Assembly: GCA_964016885.1 (NCBI GenBank)
Contig: OZ024742.1
Location: 193,812,001-193,876,000, forward strand
Length of the DNA: 64,000 bases
Direction: 5' to 3'
Source: Eledone cirrhosa
Taxonomy: Eukaryota
In this document: piece by piece, positions 36,650 through 49,735 of the stretch
Layout of the letters: the number at the start of each line of letters is the position of its first letter
How positions within the stretch are numbered: the stretch's first letter is position 1
The notes under the pieces: model-generated
What the model was told of the DNA's origin: nothing
Databases searched by the model: none
The model's input: only the letters and a program-made list of their open reading frames with translations
Position numbers and translations under genes: made by a program

Positions 36650-38821
36650 TTGCTTGAAGCATTGTGAAATGTGTAAAATACGTAGTTTAGAAAGACACAA
36701 CAATGCAGAGGGAAATCTCGAGGTAGGAAGTGAATGATAGATAGGAGAAATAGGATAAAGTGAAAATTGAGAGAGACAAATATGAAAACAAAACAAAGGT
36801 AGAAGGGTTACCGTAGTGGAGATTTAATCCCAATATTCCGGGCTCACGCCCATCAACGGGGGAAAGTTCCAAAAGGGGGGGAACAGGCTAAGCGGAGAAA
36901 GTTGTGATGTCGTTAAAACAGGAATGCCGTTATGGGGAGAAAAATTATTTAAAATTTAAATGAGGGAAAGAATGCACGTGCGCGTGATAGGCTGTGGCAA
37001 GAAGCTACTGACCAAATGGGTTAAATCAAGAGGGTGCGCTAGCGTGTGAAAGCCGTAAAATATGTGTGTGTAAATATATATGTGTGTGTAACTGTGTGTG
37101 TATATGTGTAAGTGTGTATATGTGTGAGTGTGTGTGTGAAAGATAGTGGGCTGTAGAAGCTGGAAATCAAAGGGTGTGAAAGGTGGTAGGTTGTAAAACA
37201 TGTGTGCGTGTATAAATATAGATGTGTGTGTGTAAGCGTATGGGTATACATGTGTGTGTAACTGTGTGTGTATATGTGTGAGTGCATGTGTGTGTGAAAG
37301 ATAGTGGGCTGTAGAAGCTGGAAATCAAAGGGTGTGAAAGGTGGTAGGTTGTAAAAACATGTGTGCGTGTATAAATATAGATGTGTGTGTGTATGCGTAT
37401 GGGTATGCATATACGTGCGTGTGTGTGAAAATAGCAGGCCGTAAGGGCTGTGAATGGTCACTATGGTTAAGTTAGCCATGTCAGCTCATTTCTCTCAGCC
37501 CGGTTGTTAAGTGGGGTCTGAGGTTCTTAATAACAAGTGCTTCCTTTATCCTTAAGGATCCGATGCTGCGTTCAGCCGCTAGGACTGTGACCAAGGGTCT
37601 ACCCGGTGGGTTTCCGCATTTAAGGATGTGTTTACGGAAGGAAGATGCATTGGTGTTGATATGTTCCTTGATACGAACATGCAGGGGTCGGATGGTGCTA
37701 CCTATGTAAAACTTGTTACATTTATCGCATTGAATCTTATATACGACATAGGTGCGTAGGCAATCTGCCCCCCGTATTGGGAAGTTGCTGAGGGAACACG
37801 TCCCATCTGACTCGTCTGGTTTGTTGGAGAGGCATCTGCGCAGCGAAGGTCCTGTGTGGGCCAAATGTATGTCAAGTCCCTCCGTCCGTATGGCCCTGCG
37901 GATGGCGTTCGTGGTATATTCGCTCAGGTGGGGGATTTTAAAGAAGCACCTGCTTTTATTTAAGTTTCTAGTGGGTGTCTGTCTATTGGGTCTGGGGTCT
38001 CTAATTCCGTTAATCAGTCGCTTGGGATATCCATTAGACCTGAGTAGATTACGGAATTGCGTGGTATGGGTGAGACCACCCATCGGGTCGCTGCATCTGT
38101 TAGTGATCCGTGTCAGTTCATTTAGGACATAGCCTCTCTTAGCGTTGTTGGGGAGGGCTGAGTTGTAATGCACAAATAAGTCCTTGCACGCTGCTTTGCG
38201 GTAGAAGGTGGTGTTAATGTCTCCTTCTTCCGAGATGTTGATACGGAAGTCGAGGAGGGCGAGTGACCCGTCTTCTCCTGGGTGTTCGATGGTGAAATCG
38301 ACGTGATGGTCAGTATCGTTGAAGATTTGGTGAATTTCATTCGCCATCTCCCGGGAAGAAGTAAGTATCAGGATGTCATCAACGTATCTGGAGTAGAAGG
38401 CGACGGCGTTGGGTTGGCAGGTATTGAGTGCCTTGCGTTCCAGGTGGTCCATGTACGAGATCGCAAGTATGCCGGACAGACTAGAGCCCATAGGTAGCCC
38501 AGAGATTTGTTTGTACGTGTGGCCGAGGAAATTGAAGAGTGCATTATCCACAACGAAGGAGAGGAGTTGGTGGATGTCCGTGTGTGTGAGTCCGAAGCAG
38601 TGTAAGTTAGATGCTCGGACTCGTTCGGTCAGCGGGTCGACAGCTGGGGATGCTGGTACGAAGGTATAAAGGGCGACCACATCAAGACTGAAGGCATAAC
38701 CGTTGTCCTTTCTGGTGTTGGGCGCCAGATGGTGTAGTCGCTCCAAGACCTCCTTTGAGCTGCAGACGTGGGCTGGTAGTGTGTGTAGAATAGGTTTCAG
38801 TATTGTGGAGAGCAGCCACGA
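36650..38821 (-). mobile_element. 5'-truncated PLE (Penelope/Poseidon-type) with RT plus GIY-YIG; 3' UTR has a ~158-bp duplication
   Basis: FSLDVVALYT, YKQISGLPMGSSLSGILA, YSRYVDDIL, LALLDF and VVYKIQCDKCNKFYIGSTIRPLHVRIKEH. The 3' boundary is approximate. Confidence 0.9.
37481..38821 (-). CDS. PLE RT plus GIY-YIG; open frame but 5'-truncated
   Basis: Uninterrupted frame from SWLLSTILKP to the stop. The first ~36 aa of the 482-aa ORF call come from the neighbouring element. Confidence 0.85.
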   Translation of the reverse strand, partial: SWLLSTILKPILHTLPAHVCSSKEVLERLHHLAPNTRKDNGYAFSLDVVALYTFVPASPAVDPLTERVRASNLHCFGLTHTDIHQLLSFVVDNALFNFLGHTYKQISGLPMGSSLSGILAISYMDHLERKALNTCQPNAVAFYSRYVDDILILTSSREMANEIHQIFNDTDHHVDFTIEHPGEDGSLALLDFRINISEEGDINTTFYRKAACKDLFVHYNSALPNNAKRGYVLNELTRITNRCSDPMGGLTHTTQFRNLLRSNGYPKRLINGIRDPRPNRQTPTRNLNKSRCFFKIPHLSEYTTNAIRRAIRTEGLDIHLAHTGPSLRRCLSNKPDESDGTCSLSNFPIRGADCLRTYVVYKIQCDKCNKFYIGSTIRPLHVRIKEHINTNASSFRKHILKCGNPPGRPLVTVLAAERSIGSLRIKEALVIKNLRPHLTTGLREMS

Positions 38822-41608
38822 TATTTTAAGAACCGTAGAGCAAATATTTATTAAAATAACAGAGTAAAGTTTAAGCAAAGAATCGCTGCTTTCACCCTTA
38901 ACGGGATCTTCTGAAACTAACAAAGTCAATCTGTAAACGCAGAACTGGATATTTCAAAAAAAGGTTGCAACCGGGGGAAGACAGGAAGACGATACTTTTG
39001 TTCGTGGAAACGTTCGCTGGCAAAGAACGGGGGAAAACGAATAATACGTCATTAATAGGAGCGGTGAAAAACAATTACGCGCAAAGACAAAACCACGTTT
39101 ATGGTATAAAATAGGTCGTAGACTAATGTTCTCTTAGGTGGTGCATAAAGACGTTCTCTGGCAATGAACGAAAAAACGAAGATAATACGTCATATGCCGA
39201 TCGTGGAGAACAATAACACGCAAAGACAAAACCACGTAAATGGTATAGCAGAAGTCGTAGACTAAAATTCTAACTAGGAGACCAATTGAATCTCCGCTAC
39301 AGAGTTAAGAACAAAGTAAATAAATACAATACAGAAGTAATAGAAACAAATAAATACATACACGCAAACAAATACGTACATACACAAGCATACGCAAAAC
39401 CTTACCATAGGTATACAAAAGCACGCACATATAAATATGTGTGTGTGTATGCGTGTATATAAATAAATAAATAATTATATAAACGTATATAAATAAATAA
39501 ATACGTATATAACAAGCGCACACACATACCCACATATAAATACACGAAAGTTCGGAGACGTAAGTAAAAAAAAACAAGAAGTACACATATACACACACCC
39601 ACCATCCTTACGAACCTGCATACTCATACAGACGCAAAACTCCCGTATACACATAGCCAAACCTTATGTACCAGAATATATAAAATTATACGCCATAGCA
39701 ATCAAATATACGTACGAGAAGGTATACGTACCTTCACAAAACATACGGGTAATATATACTTACCTATGCAAATAAGTAAAGGAATAAACAAAACATATAC
39801 TTAGCTCCCACATCAAGACGTAAAATATCCACGTATAGATCGTACTATCCGTTAGGGTATAACGTGGGGCTGTAGTACAGGAAAGTGATGTGCAATTTAT
39901 GTTTACAAGCCGAAATTGCCTCAGATTTTTTATTTAAGATGTGGTCTGTGGCGTAGAGTATTTCCAGGACCTCAGCGGCGCAGAGGTCACATGGTCTTTT
40001 ATTTCCGTTATACGATCTAGCATTAGCTAGGATCTCCCAGTGTAACTTATATTGGGTGTGGTTGTCTTTTAGACTCCAGATATAAGCTGAAAGTGACGTC
40101 ATATTCCTTCTTAGAGGGTAACGAAAAGAATGGGTATGCATGTAAAGACGCTGCTTGACATTATTGGCGGTTAACCCTATGTTGGCCCTACGGTACGCCA
40201 GTGTTTCTGCGGAGGTTACTGATCTTATCGGCCTCTTCCTTCTTTTCTCTATCAAGGATGAATACCCCAACTCGGGCGGTGGTTTGTACCGTGACGATGG
40301 TATTTTGACCATGACTAAGTGTGGACCTCGTGCTTGCGACAGGTTCAGAAAAGAACTCACATCCTTCTTTAAAGGCTTCAACCTCTCTATACAGGTTGAG
40401 GCCAATCTCTCGGTCGTTAATTACCTCAACGTTACCCTCAATTTATTGAATGAGTTGTATTATCCGTATAGAAAGCCGAATGATACGCTTAATTACATAA
40501 GTAAGCATTCCAACCATCCTGCCAGCATAACCAAGAACCTGGTAAGAAACGTTTCGTTGAGGGTTTCCCATCTTTCCACCAACGAGCGTATTTTCAACGA
40601 CCATTCCACTTATTACAATGAAGCGCTTGCTCGAAGTGGATTTGTCGATAAGGTATCATATACAGAGTACGGAAATAGACCTAGAAGAAATAGATCCCGT
40701 CGCATTTGTTGGTATAACCCACCATATAATATGGAGGTGGCCACACCATTAGCTAAGATCTTTCTTTCCCTTATTACGAAGCATTTTCCCCCTACACATA
40801 ACTATAGTAAATTTTTTAATAGAAATACTATTAACATTTCTTACTCTACGACTCCTAACCTTGCACATAACATGACAGCTTCAAATTTAGCTAAACTACC
40901 TAGCCGTAGGAACACGTGCAACCCTGTAGTTAGTACTAACTCTAATTGTAGGAATCGGGTTGATTGCCCCCTATCCGGGAAATTCCTCTCTAGTAAAATT
41001 GTCTACAAATGGAAGGTTGTAACACCCACGTCCCGTAGGGCCTACATAGGGTTAACCGCCAATAGATTCAAGCAGCGTATTTACATGCATACCCATTCTT
41101 TTCGTTACCCTCTAAGAAGGAATATGACGTCACTTTCAGCTTATATCTGGAGTCTAAAAGACAACCACACCCAATATAAGTTACACTGGGAGATCCTAGC
41201 TAGGGCTAGATCGTATAACGGCCGCTGAGGCCCTCGAAATACTTTACGCCACAGACCACATCTTAAACAAAACATCTAAAACAATTTCGGCTTGTAAACA
41301 TAAATTGCACAAAACCTTCCTGTATTACAGCCCACGTTATACCCTAACGTATAGTACTATCTATACGTGGATATTTTACGTCTTGATGTGAGACCTAAGT
41401 ATATGTTTTGTTTATACCATTATTTATCTGCATAGCGAACGTTTCCACGAACCAAAGTATCGTCTTCCTGTCTTGCTCCGGTTGCAACGTTTTTTGAAAT
41501 ATCCACTTCTGCGTTTACAGATTGACTTTGTTAATTTCAGAAGATCCCGTTAAGGGTGAAAGCAGCGATTCTTTGCTTAAACTTTAATCTGTTATTTTAA
41601 TAAATATA
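38822..41608 (+). mobile_element. Naiad-type PLE: 5'-truncated + copy (40193-41608) preceded by an inverted 3'-end copy (38822-40192, - strand)
   Basis: SAEVTDLIGL, GLYRDDGI, YISKHSNHP, WYNPPYN...KHFP...FNRNTINISYS and IVYK...YIGLTANRFKQR..H. 39770-40192 mirrors 41033-41435. Confidence 0.92.
41518..41591 (+). ncRNA. Type I HHR-like motif with variant core CAGAAGA; mirror copy at 38860-38933 (-)
   Basis: ttt-CAGAAGA-t-ccc(gttaa)ggg-t-GAA-agcag(cgattct)ttgc-TT-aaa, with outer helix cagattga/ttaatctg. Confidence 0.65.
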
Positions 41609-41747
41609 TTTATATATATATATATATATGTACATATATATATATATACATATATATATATACATACATATATATATACGTAGGTCCCGGGTTGAGTCGG
41701 GGATAACCACAGTAAGTAAGGTACTCAATACATGGCAGAGTAAAATT

Positions 41748-41803
41748 TTTTATAGAAGCTTCCTGAAGATTTCATCTGAATGAAACAGTACTAGTCCTTC
41801 TAT

Positions 41804-41807
<4 letters not shown>
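41748..41807 (+). ncRNA. Degenerate HHR-like motif in a short dispersed repeat
   Basis: An 11-bp outer helix ttttatagaag/cttctataaaa encloses CTGAAGA...GAAA; the cleavage triplet is imperfect. Confidence 0.45.
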
Positions 41808-41864
<57 letters not shown>

Positions 41865-41872
41865 TTATATAT

Positions 41873-41905
<33 letters not shown>

Positions 41906-41956
41906 TATATATGTACATATATATATATATATTTATATATATACATATATATATAC

Positions 41957-42045
<89 letters not shown>

Positions 42046-42046
42046 A

Positions 42047-42077
<31 letters not shown>

Positions 42078-42083
42078 CAAATA

Positions 42084-42161
<78 letters not shown>

Positions 42162-42343
42162 TATATCTATATATATATATATTCAATGTATAATAATCAA
42201 TACAATATAATTACCTCATAATCAAAGCTTTTCCCGAATAAGACGAATACAAGGAACGTCCTCATTCTTTCGTCAGACAAGGCCATTTAAAACAGAGTGA
42301 AATATTTGAAAAATCTACTCAAGAAAAGCTAAAAGTTTAACTG

Positions 42344-45300
42344 GTTCATATTCTGTGGTGACAGTCAAGTGAAAATTGCAAACTTGACTGTAACCACAGA
42401 ATATGAACATTAACACTTAACATTTAATATTCTACCATCCTATTTCATTCTAATACCATTATAAATGTTAAAGGATTGTAATTAAAACGAGTAAATCAGA
42501 CAAAGTTGGAATTCCTTTTATTAATATAATCTTCTATACACAATCATACATACCCGTGTATATTTATCTATATATATATATATTCCTATTGTGTATATGA
42601 CAACATGTCTGGAAAGCAACAAATGAAATCAACAGAATCAGAAAGAATTCTAAAGGAATTCTAAAGAATTCATCGAAATTATCAACACTTATCACGATGA
42701 TTGACTCACAATCTTCTATATAAAAGGAAATAGAAAAACAATCTACTGACGGAAAACTTATAACTGAACATATAAACTCTATAATTAAGAACTTAGCTGA
42801 AATTATACCAACAGTTATCAAAGATACAAGAGAAAGCCTACCACACAACCCCCTTGGTTATCAGAACTAAATGAAAGAAATTTTGAAAAAAAACACGTCG
42901 AACAAGAAAAGAAATGTGGAAGGCATGGAAAAAATTTCTTAACATATAAAACAAAACTTCTGGAAAGCATACAAATGCGAAAAATATGACGAAACTAATT
43001 CGAAATGGCTCTCTCTAACGGCACCCATACACCCTCGTAAATACATAATTACAGAAATTGCAGGAGAACCAGAAGAAGAAACAAAACTCCGATTCGACAT
43101 TGACAAATTCAGGACCGACATCTCTATTTCTCAATGTAAACAATCCCGCTACAAAGCCAAATATGTACCTATTGATGACCAAATTGAAGTTGTAATTTCA
43201 AAGCTAACGCCTGGTAATATAGCAGAAAAACTACGAGAACTATGGATCAGAGATATCTCAAAAGAAGAAAGCAAATCAAGAAAGTTATGGCAGGCAGCAG
43301 AAACAAATATTTCTCGACGAATATGCTGCTAATTACGGTAAAGACTCTGGAACTCTGAGAAAAAGCATTACAAGTGAACATTCTCACCTACACCACATAC
43401 GCCAGAACACGTGCCAACACAAACACTCACCTTACCTTGAATCAAAGAAGACTACGGTAAGAACTCTTCGCTTTTTTTACAAAAACACCCTAACGCACAC
43501 AACATGAACAAAAAGCACAAGCACGATAGATATTCTTTGACCAGACCATGAGAAGTAGAAAAACCAGGAGATCATTCTCAAGATCTCAACAGAGACTACC
43601 CGCAAGGAACGGGGAAAAAAACGTAGAATAACCAGATCACTCTCAATATCTCAACAGAGATTACCCACAAGAAACTGGGCGAAAAAACGATCTAAACCTG
43701 AAAGCAAACCTAGGTCATTTCCCCAGATTGTTAAAAATAATGCTAACAAGAAATGGAAAAATAATATACCTAATACCAGAAATAGGACAAAAAACATAAC
43801 GAAACCAAATATAATATCACGATCAAAAGTTCATCAAGCAAATACCAACAGAAATATAAATCCTGAACAGAGAAAAATCCATTTTTTAACGTCAGGACAA
43901 CAAAAACCGGAAGAAGAAAAACTCCAGGAGGAAACATAACCAAAACAACTGTACACGTAGATCCTAAAATAATTAATTTATCCAACAGAGATCTTGAGAA
44001 TGATGAAATGCAAATTTTGTCAAAAGGAATGGAATTCACACCGACTCCAACAGCCAACCACCAAGAACTGAAGGAGGATACCCAAGAATTCTGTCGAAAA
44101 TTACGTCTTGTAGAATTCTTTGCTGATAAAAGTAATGAGAGTGATGAATCACTAGTAAAGAATAAATCAAATTTCATCCCGCTAAAAGGAAGAAATATCT
44201 ATCTCGACCAATATATTGACATCTTGTCTAAATTTTCTCTTAGACGTAATACTAATGTCAGGCCAAACATTAACTAATCAGAAATGTCTGCACTTAAACG
44301 TATACAAAATGATAAAACAATAATAATTAAACAAGCAGATAAGGGGGTGCATTTGTTATAATGGATGCTGAATACTACAAAGATTTGGTTGCGGAACAAC
44401 TGAAAAACACAACATTCTATCATGAAATACCGTCAAATATAGACATTAACATCACGAAGAAGATCAACAACCTGGCCCCAAAATACCACAACTCATTTAC
44501 TGATAAGGAAAGAGACTACATCACCAATTTTGAGCCAAAACCCAGCAACCTGTATGGCCTACCGAAGGTTCATAAGTCAAAAAAATACAACTCGCAGTAA
44601 AAGAACAAAACAGTGAGTACATTAAATCGCTACACCCAAAAGACTTAAAACTTGGACCTATTATAGCTGGTCCAACATGCCCTACCCACCGTCTAAGCAA
44701 TTTTGTTGACATTATTTTGAAACCACTATGTATTCACATACCCATTTTCATCCGGGATGATATCGACTTCCTGTCCCAGCTTCCCAAAACCACGGAAACG
44801 AATTCACTTCTACTTAGTTTTGATGTGATAAGCCTTTACACCAACATTACACATGATTTAAGAATAAAGGCGGTTAAATACTGGGTGGAAAAACATAGAG
44901 AAGTGATTCCCACCAGATTCACAACGCCATTTATATTAGACGCAGTCAAACTTACTCTGGAAAACAACACTTTCTTCTTCAATGGAAAGAATTACATCCA
45001 AATTAGAGGCACAGCGATGGGAACGAAGTTTGCTCCCGTTTACGCGAACTCTGTAAAAATACTTAGAAAAACAACTCTACCAAGAAATAGTGGAAAAATA
45101 TAGTACTGACTTTAGAGAGTACATTGAAACATCTTGGAAGAGATACCTTGATGAATGTTTCATCATCTGGACAGAATCTCTAGATACTCTGGATGAGTTC
45201 AATATCCTCCTGAATAACATACACCCATCTCGCCAATTCACAAAGGAGATGAGTAGTACCAAATTACCATTCCTAGATATAATGGTAATCAAAAACGACA

Positions 45301-46830
45301 CCACCATTAACACGGATATATAATATAAACACACAGACACCCATCAATATCTGAATGTTAAGTCGTGCCATCCACCTTATACACAACGCAACATCCCATA
45401 CTGCCTAGTCAGAAGAATTTGTACCATTGTAGAAGATACCAATACCAGGAACAAACGCCTAACAGAACTAAGAGAATTTTTGCTCAAACAAAAATACCCG
45501 TCTCTACTTATAGTAAATGGCATACAGCGGGCTATAAAAATTCCTATGCAACAACTTAGGACAACCCAAGGAAGAAGAAACCTAGAACTGGTCATACCAT
45601 TTATAATTGTTTCTATTTTTGGCACAATGCCAGCAATTACCCAGTGCATTACTGGTACTTTATTTTATTGATCCCGGAAGTATGAACGGCAAAGTTAACC
45701 TCGGCGGGATTTGAACTCATACCATTTATAATGACACACAACCCATGTCACTAGAATATCTTCAACACTGTTAAAGAAATGAATTAAAAGGCTTAATCAC
45801 AGATCGATCTTTGATTCTTAGTAAAAGACAGCCGAAAAATTTGAAGCAATTACTAACAAAAGCAAAGTTTGACCTTAACAACAAAGACCAATCATTCACT
45901 GTATCTAAATGCAATTATAGTCGATGTGGCACATGTCAATTCATACACACCGGTCAATATATGAAAACAAAAACTGGAAAAATATTCCCAAATGCAAATA
46001 TGAACTGCAAAAGCAGAAATCTAATTTACTGCATTAAATGCCCGAATTGTGAAGAACTATATGCCGGTCAAACTGGAAATGCACTATCGGAACGTGCAAG
46101 GGTACACCGACAGCAAATCAGAGACCCAAATGTCCGTCAGATACCCCTGAGTAACCATCCAGCAACATGTGGTCAGAGAATATTTTAAATATTTCCATTC
46201 TAAAAATTACACAGCCCAAGTGAAATTAAGAGAAAAATCAAAGAAAATAATTTTATTCATAAATTCCAACCCAAGCTAAATGACCAATAATGATAGGGTA
46301 TTAATCCTACTATGACTATGACTACGACCACTAACAACAACAACAACAACAGTAATAATAATAATAGTGATGTTGATGGTGATAATTAATAGAAAATGCT
46401 ATTTTCATCATTTCTAAAAATAGCAAAACAATTGATAGTCGTTAGATATGCTCAATCAACCGTGACGCCTAAACCAATCAGCTTTAGTAAACACCCGATT
46501 AGTAGAAATACAGTTTGCAAGATTTAGCATTCCCTAGCCACTTTTCACTGTATATAAGGCACACAATATACCCATCTCATTACAGTTAAAAATTACAAAC
46601 TTGACTGTCACCACAGAATGTGAACCTGAGGATTGCGAAGGCCTCAAGGTGCTTGTTCAATTGACACTTAACATTTAGTGTTCTGCCATGCTATTTCATT
46701 CTAGTACCATTATAGAATTTGAAGGATTGTAGGGGGAACGCGTAAATCGGACAAAGTTGGAATTCCTTTTATTGATATAATCTTCTATATACAATCATAC
46801 ACACACGTGTATATTTATCTATATCTATCT
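42344..46830 (+). mobile_element. Full-length but decayed PLE (Neptune-like) with direct terminal repeats (42372-42572 / 46588-46830) and a 5' 27-bp fold-back
   Basis: LSKGMEFTPTP, IKQADKG, LYGLPKVHK, FDVISLYTNI, GTAMGTKFAPVYAN, WKRYLDECF, C..RC..C and NLIYCIKC..C...YAGQT, with many stops and frameshifts. Confidence 0.9.
45608..45716 (-). mobile_element. 5'-truncated SINE inserted in the PLE ORF, 16-bp TSD
   Basis: TSD tcataccatttataat at 45592-45607 and 45717-45732. Confidence 0.9.
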
Positions 46831-46843
46831 ATTTTTCTATCTA

Positions 46844-46929
<86 letters not shown>

Positions 46930-46950
46930 TAGATAGATAGATAGATAGAT

Positions 46951-48196
46951 ATGTTTCTTTTATTTGCCACTAGGGCATCAAAAGTGGGACAAGTACAAAG
47001 GGGGGAGTTTACACAAAAAGGCGTCCTCAATAAGGAGGAGGCAATAACAAAATATAAAAATAAAATAAGATATAACAAAAAATAAAATTTTTAACAAAAT
47101 CCTCAATAGAGAGGAGGCGCCTTGGGGGGTCGCACACACCCCCGAAAAAAGTGTGCAACCCTTCTCCTCAGGAGCACAGAGAAGGGGTGCTCCCTTGGTC
47201 TTTCATCTTCCTCACCTATAGTCTGATGTAGAGTGAAGGCCCATTCACACGGGCCATTCTCGCCACTTTCACCCATCTTTCATAGAAACGGCTGGGGTGC
47301 AGCACCTCTCTCTCCATCCTGATCCTTCTTCCGAAATGATATCGGAAGAAACGGACCAGCTGTTGACCAGAGAGAAAGGTGCCTGACCTCAGTCCTTTCA
47401 GATGCGTCCACCATACAACCTCTTTCGCCATGGCTATTACGCACAGAAACACCGCCTCTGCTTCATCTTTGAAGGGGGGAGGCGGCTTGATCATTACAAT
47501 AGACTCGGTGGTCAACCGGATCGGTCCCACCCTTGACAGCAGTTGTTCGACATAGCCCCACAGATCGGCTACGCCCGAGCAGTGTACCAATGCGTGTGCA
47601 ACGGTTTCCTCGTCGCACACGCATCTGGGACAGATCTTTTTGGCGGGGTCCCTACCCGGGCGCCCGTGTCTGTAGAGCCTTTCTCGAACGGGTAAAGCCC
47701 CTCGGTAGCACTGCCAGGCCAGGGACTTCTGGAAGTTGTCCATAGGTCCCGGGCTGAATGTCCTACCGAACAGGCTGGCCAGTTCGTCCTCCTCCATGTC
47801 TAGGGCTTCTCCGAGGGCGTCGTCGCACCTGCTGCGTACCAGCCCTCTATAGAATGTTGCGGTGGAGTCTCCACTGATAACCGGATCCGCCTGCCAGAGG
47901 GCGGTGAGCGCCTGGGCACACTCAGTGTGCCAGGCGCCCAGTTTTCTCGGTCTTTGCTTGACCCAGGATTGCAGCTCGGTGAGTGAGACGAGTCTGGGAA
48001 AGGTTCGTCTCACAAACGAGGCCCACACCGGTTGTCCGGTGAGGAATACGTAGAGGTGCCGTAGCCTTAATGCGTGTTTACGCATCATTAGCCACGGCAT
48101 GCCCAGCCCTCCTTTCGAAGGGTGTTGACAGCAGATGGATCTCCTCACCATAGGAGCCCGCTTCTTCCAAAGGAATTGGAAGAGCGCGCGCTCCAA
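46951..48196 (-). mobile_element. 5'-truncated Tx1/L1 copy, sister subfamily of 23540-29348, inserted in (GATA)n
   Basis: A 326-codon frame closely similar to the ORF2 C-terminus, plus a 3' UTR with AATAAA; (gata)n lies on both sides. Confidence 0.93.
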
Positions 48197-48303
48197 GATA
48201 GATAGATAGATAGATATAGATAAATATACACGTGTGTGTGTGATTGTATATAGAAGGTTATATCAATAAAAGGAATTCCAACTTTGTCCGATTTACGCGT
48301 TCC

Positions 48304-48384
<81 letters not shown>

Positions 48385-49001
48385 TTGCCTATTTACAATA
48401 TATATACAACTAATTTTAAACTTAATACATAGAAACGTTTCTTCTACAATGTAAAAAACTATTATGAAAATTATATTCACTATATGGTGCTCTAAAATCT
48501 TATATAAATTATTTACTTATAATATGAATTATAATTAATAATTACGGTAAACATTAGATGAAACGATATATTATTAAATATATATCGTTAGCAAACATGT
48601 AACACATCCCTTATAATACTTAATCTTAGAGTTATCTCCCCATTTTTTTTGTTTACAGCTTCAAAATTCATATATATACGATATATTCCAACTTTCATAA
48701 CTGCTTAAATATTATATTCATAACCATATACAATAATAGATTATACTACAATACTGTATATTTTTATCTAAGCAATATGATTAGTTTCACATTCTTAAAA
48801 TATATGTGAAAATACATATCTATAGGTACTTGATCTCTCTTACGTTCATTTATAGATCTATAAATATATATAACTTATATATATATAAGTTATTCCGGGT
48901 TCAATCGGGGGTAAGTAGTGTACTCAATACATAGCAGTGTATAAATGTTTTAATATAGAATATAAAAATATATATATATATAGACCCTACATCTCAACTC
49001 A

Positions 49002-49039
49002 CCTTTTGAAAAGCAGAAGAACTGCGAAACCGGTAAAGG
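49002..49039 (+). ncRNA. Minimal type I hammerhead ribozyme with U3-A8 core, in a solo terminal repeat (~48983-49180)
   Basis: cctt-TTGAAAA-gcag(aagaa)ctgc-GAAA-ccgg-TA-aagg. The downstream actcgtg....acacctc motif is shared with the PLE tail at 63040. Confidence 0.82.
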
Positions 49040-49170
49040 AACCAAATAAATATATATATTTAAAAAAAAAATAAGACTCCAGTTGCATTTTCGATTTCAT
49101 CTCTTTTTCTTTATACTTTCACTCGTGTAGGACACCTCGGTTATTTTTCATTTTGTAAAAAAAACCTCAC

Positions 49171-49211
<41 letters not shown>

Positions 49212-49449
49212 GATCAAGTATATTTTATTATACATATTTCACTGGAACTGAGCTATCTTCAACAGTACGTCCCCATCAGATAAAGTAAGATGATGCATGA
49301 CATACCCTGACTTAGTAGATGGGTAAGTTTCAAACATGGTAGTGAATATGATATGACAAGACTCAATATTTATATACCTTAAGATTGAGACATGAAAACA
49401 TTTACATATAATAGAGAGGGTGCGTGTGAGAAAGCTTAAACATACATAA

Positions 49450-49735
49450 TACCCCTGGTATTTTTCTATGTAGAAAATTAATTATAAAAAGGCCCACAAG
49501 GTCCGTTACCTGAGCTGAGTCTGAAGATCCCATAGTTATGTCGAAATTATTATTTCTATCTGCCCTAGTCCAGAGTTGGTTATTAAATTCTATTAATGTT
49601 TTCCGTGCCGATAATATAATGTGCATTTCATTGCTAGTTAGGTCTGTATGTTTAAATGCGTAAGTTAGTGCCTTATTCAGTAGATTAGGAGTGATAGATG
49701 AGTAGTAGTTAGCAATATCTAACTGAATAAACTTA
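49450..49735 (-). pseudogene. Naiad-type PLE RT fragment
   Basis: FIQLDIANYYSSIT..L..AL and FDITMGSSDSAQVTDLVGLFI. Confidence 0.8.

Noticed and set aside
37481-38929. 482-aa ORF as a novel fusion protein
   Set aside because: Its N-terminal ~36 aa are the non-coding Naiad tail, by chance in frame with a 5'-truncated PLE.
39040-39200. Minus-strand ATGAC motifs in the Naiad 3' UTR as SECIS elements
   Set aside because: I saw no apical AA loop or matching GA quartet at the right spacing; a SECISearch run would be needed to exclude it fully.
39845-40405. 186-aa minus-strand ORF as a separate gene
   Set aside because: It reads antisense RT sequence across the inversion junction into the inverted endonuclease end.
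41226-41228. TGA ending the Naiad ORF as a Sec codon (some Naiads encode selenoproteins)
   Set aside because: The inverted arm shows it results from a 26-bp frameshifting deletion; the original frame reads GCT GAG.
46715-46750. HHR in the 42344-46830 PLE terminal repeat (ttgaagga...gaacgcgta)
   Set aside because: The position and CGCG loop are suggestive, but the core and stem II are too decayed to support a call.
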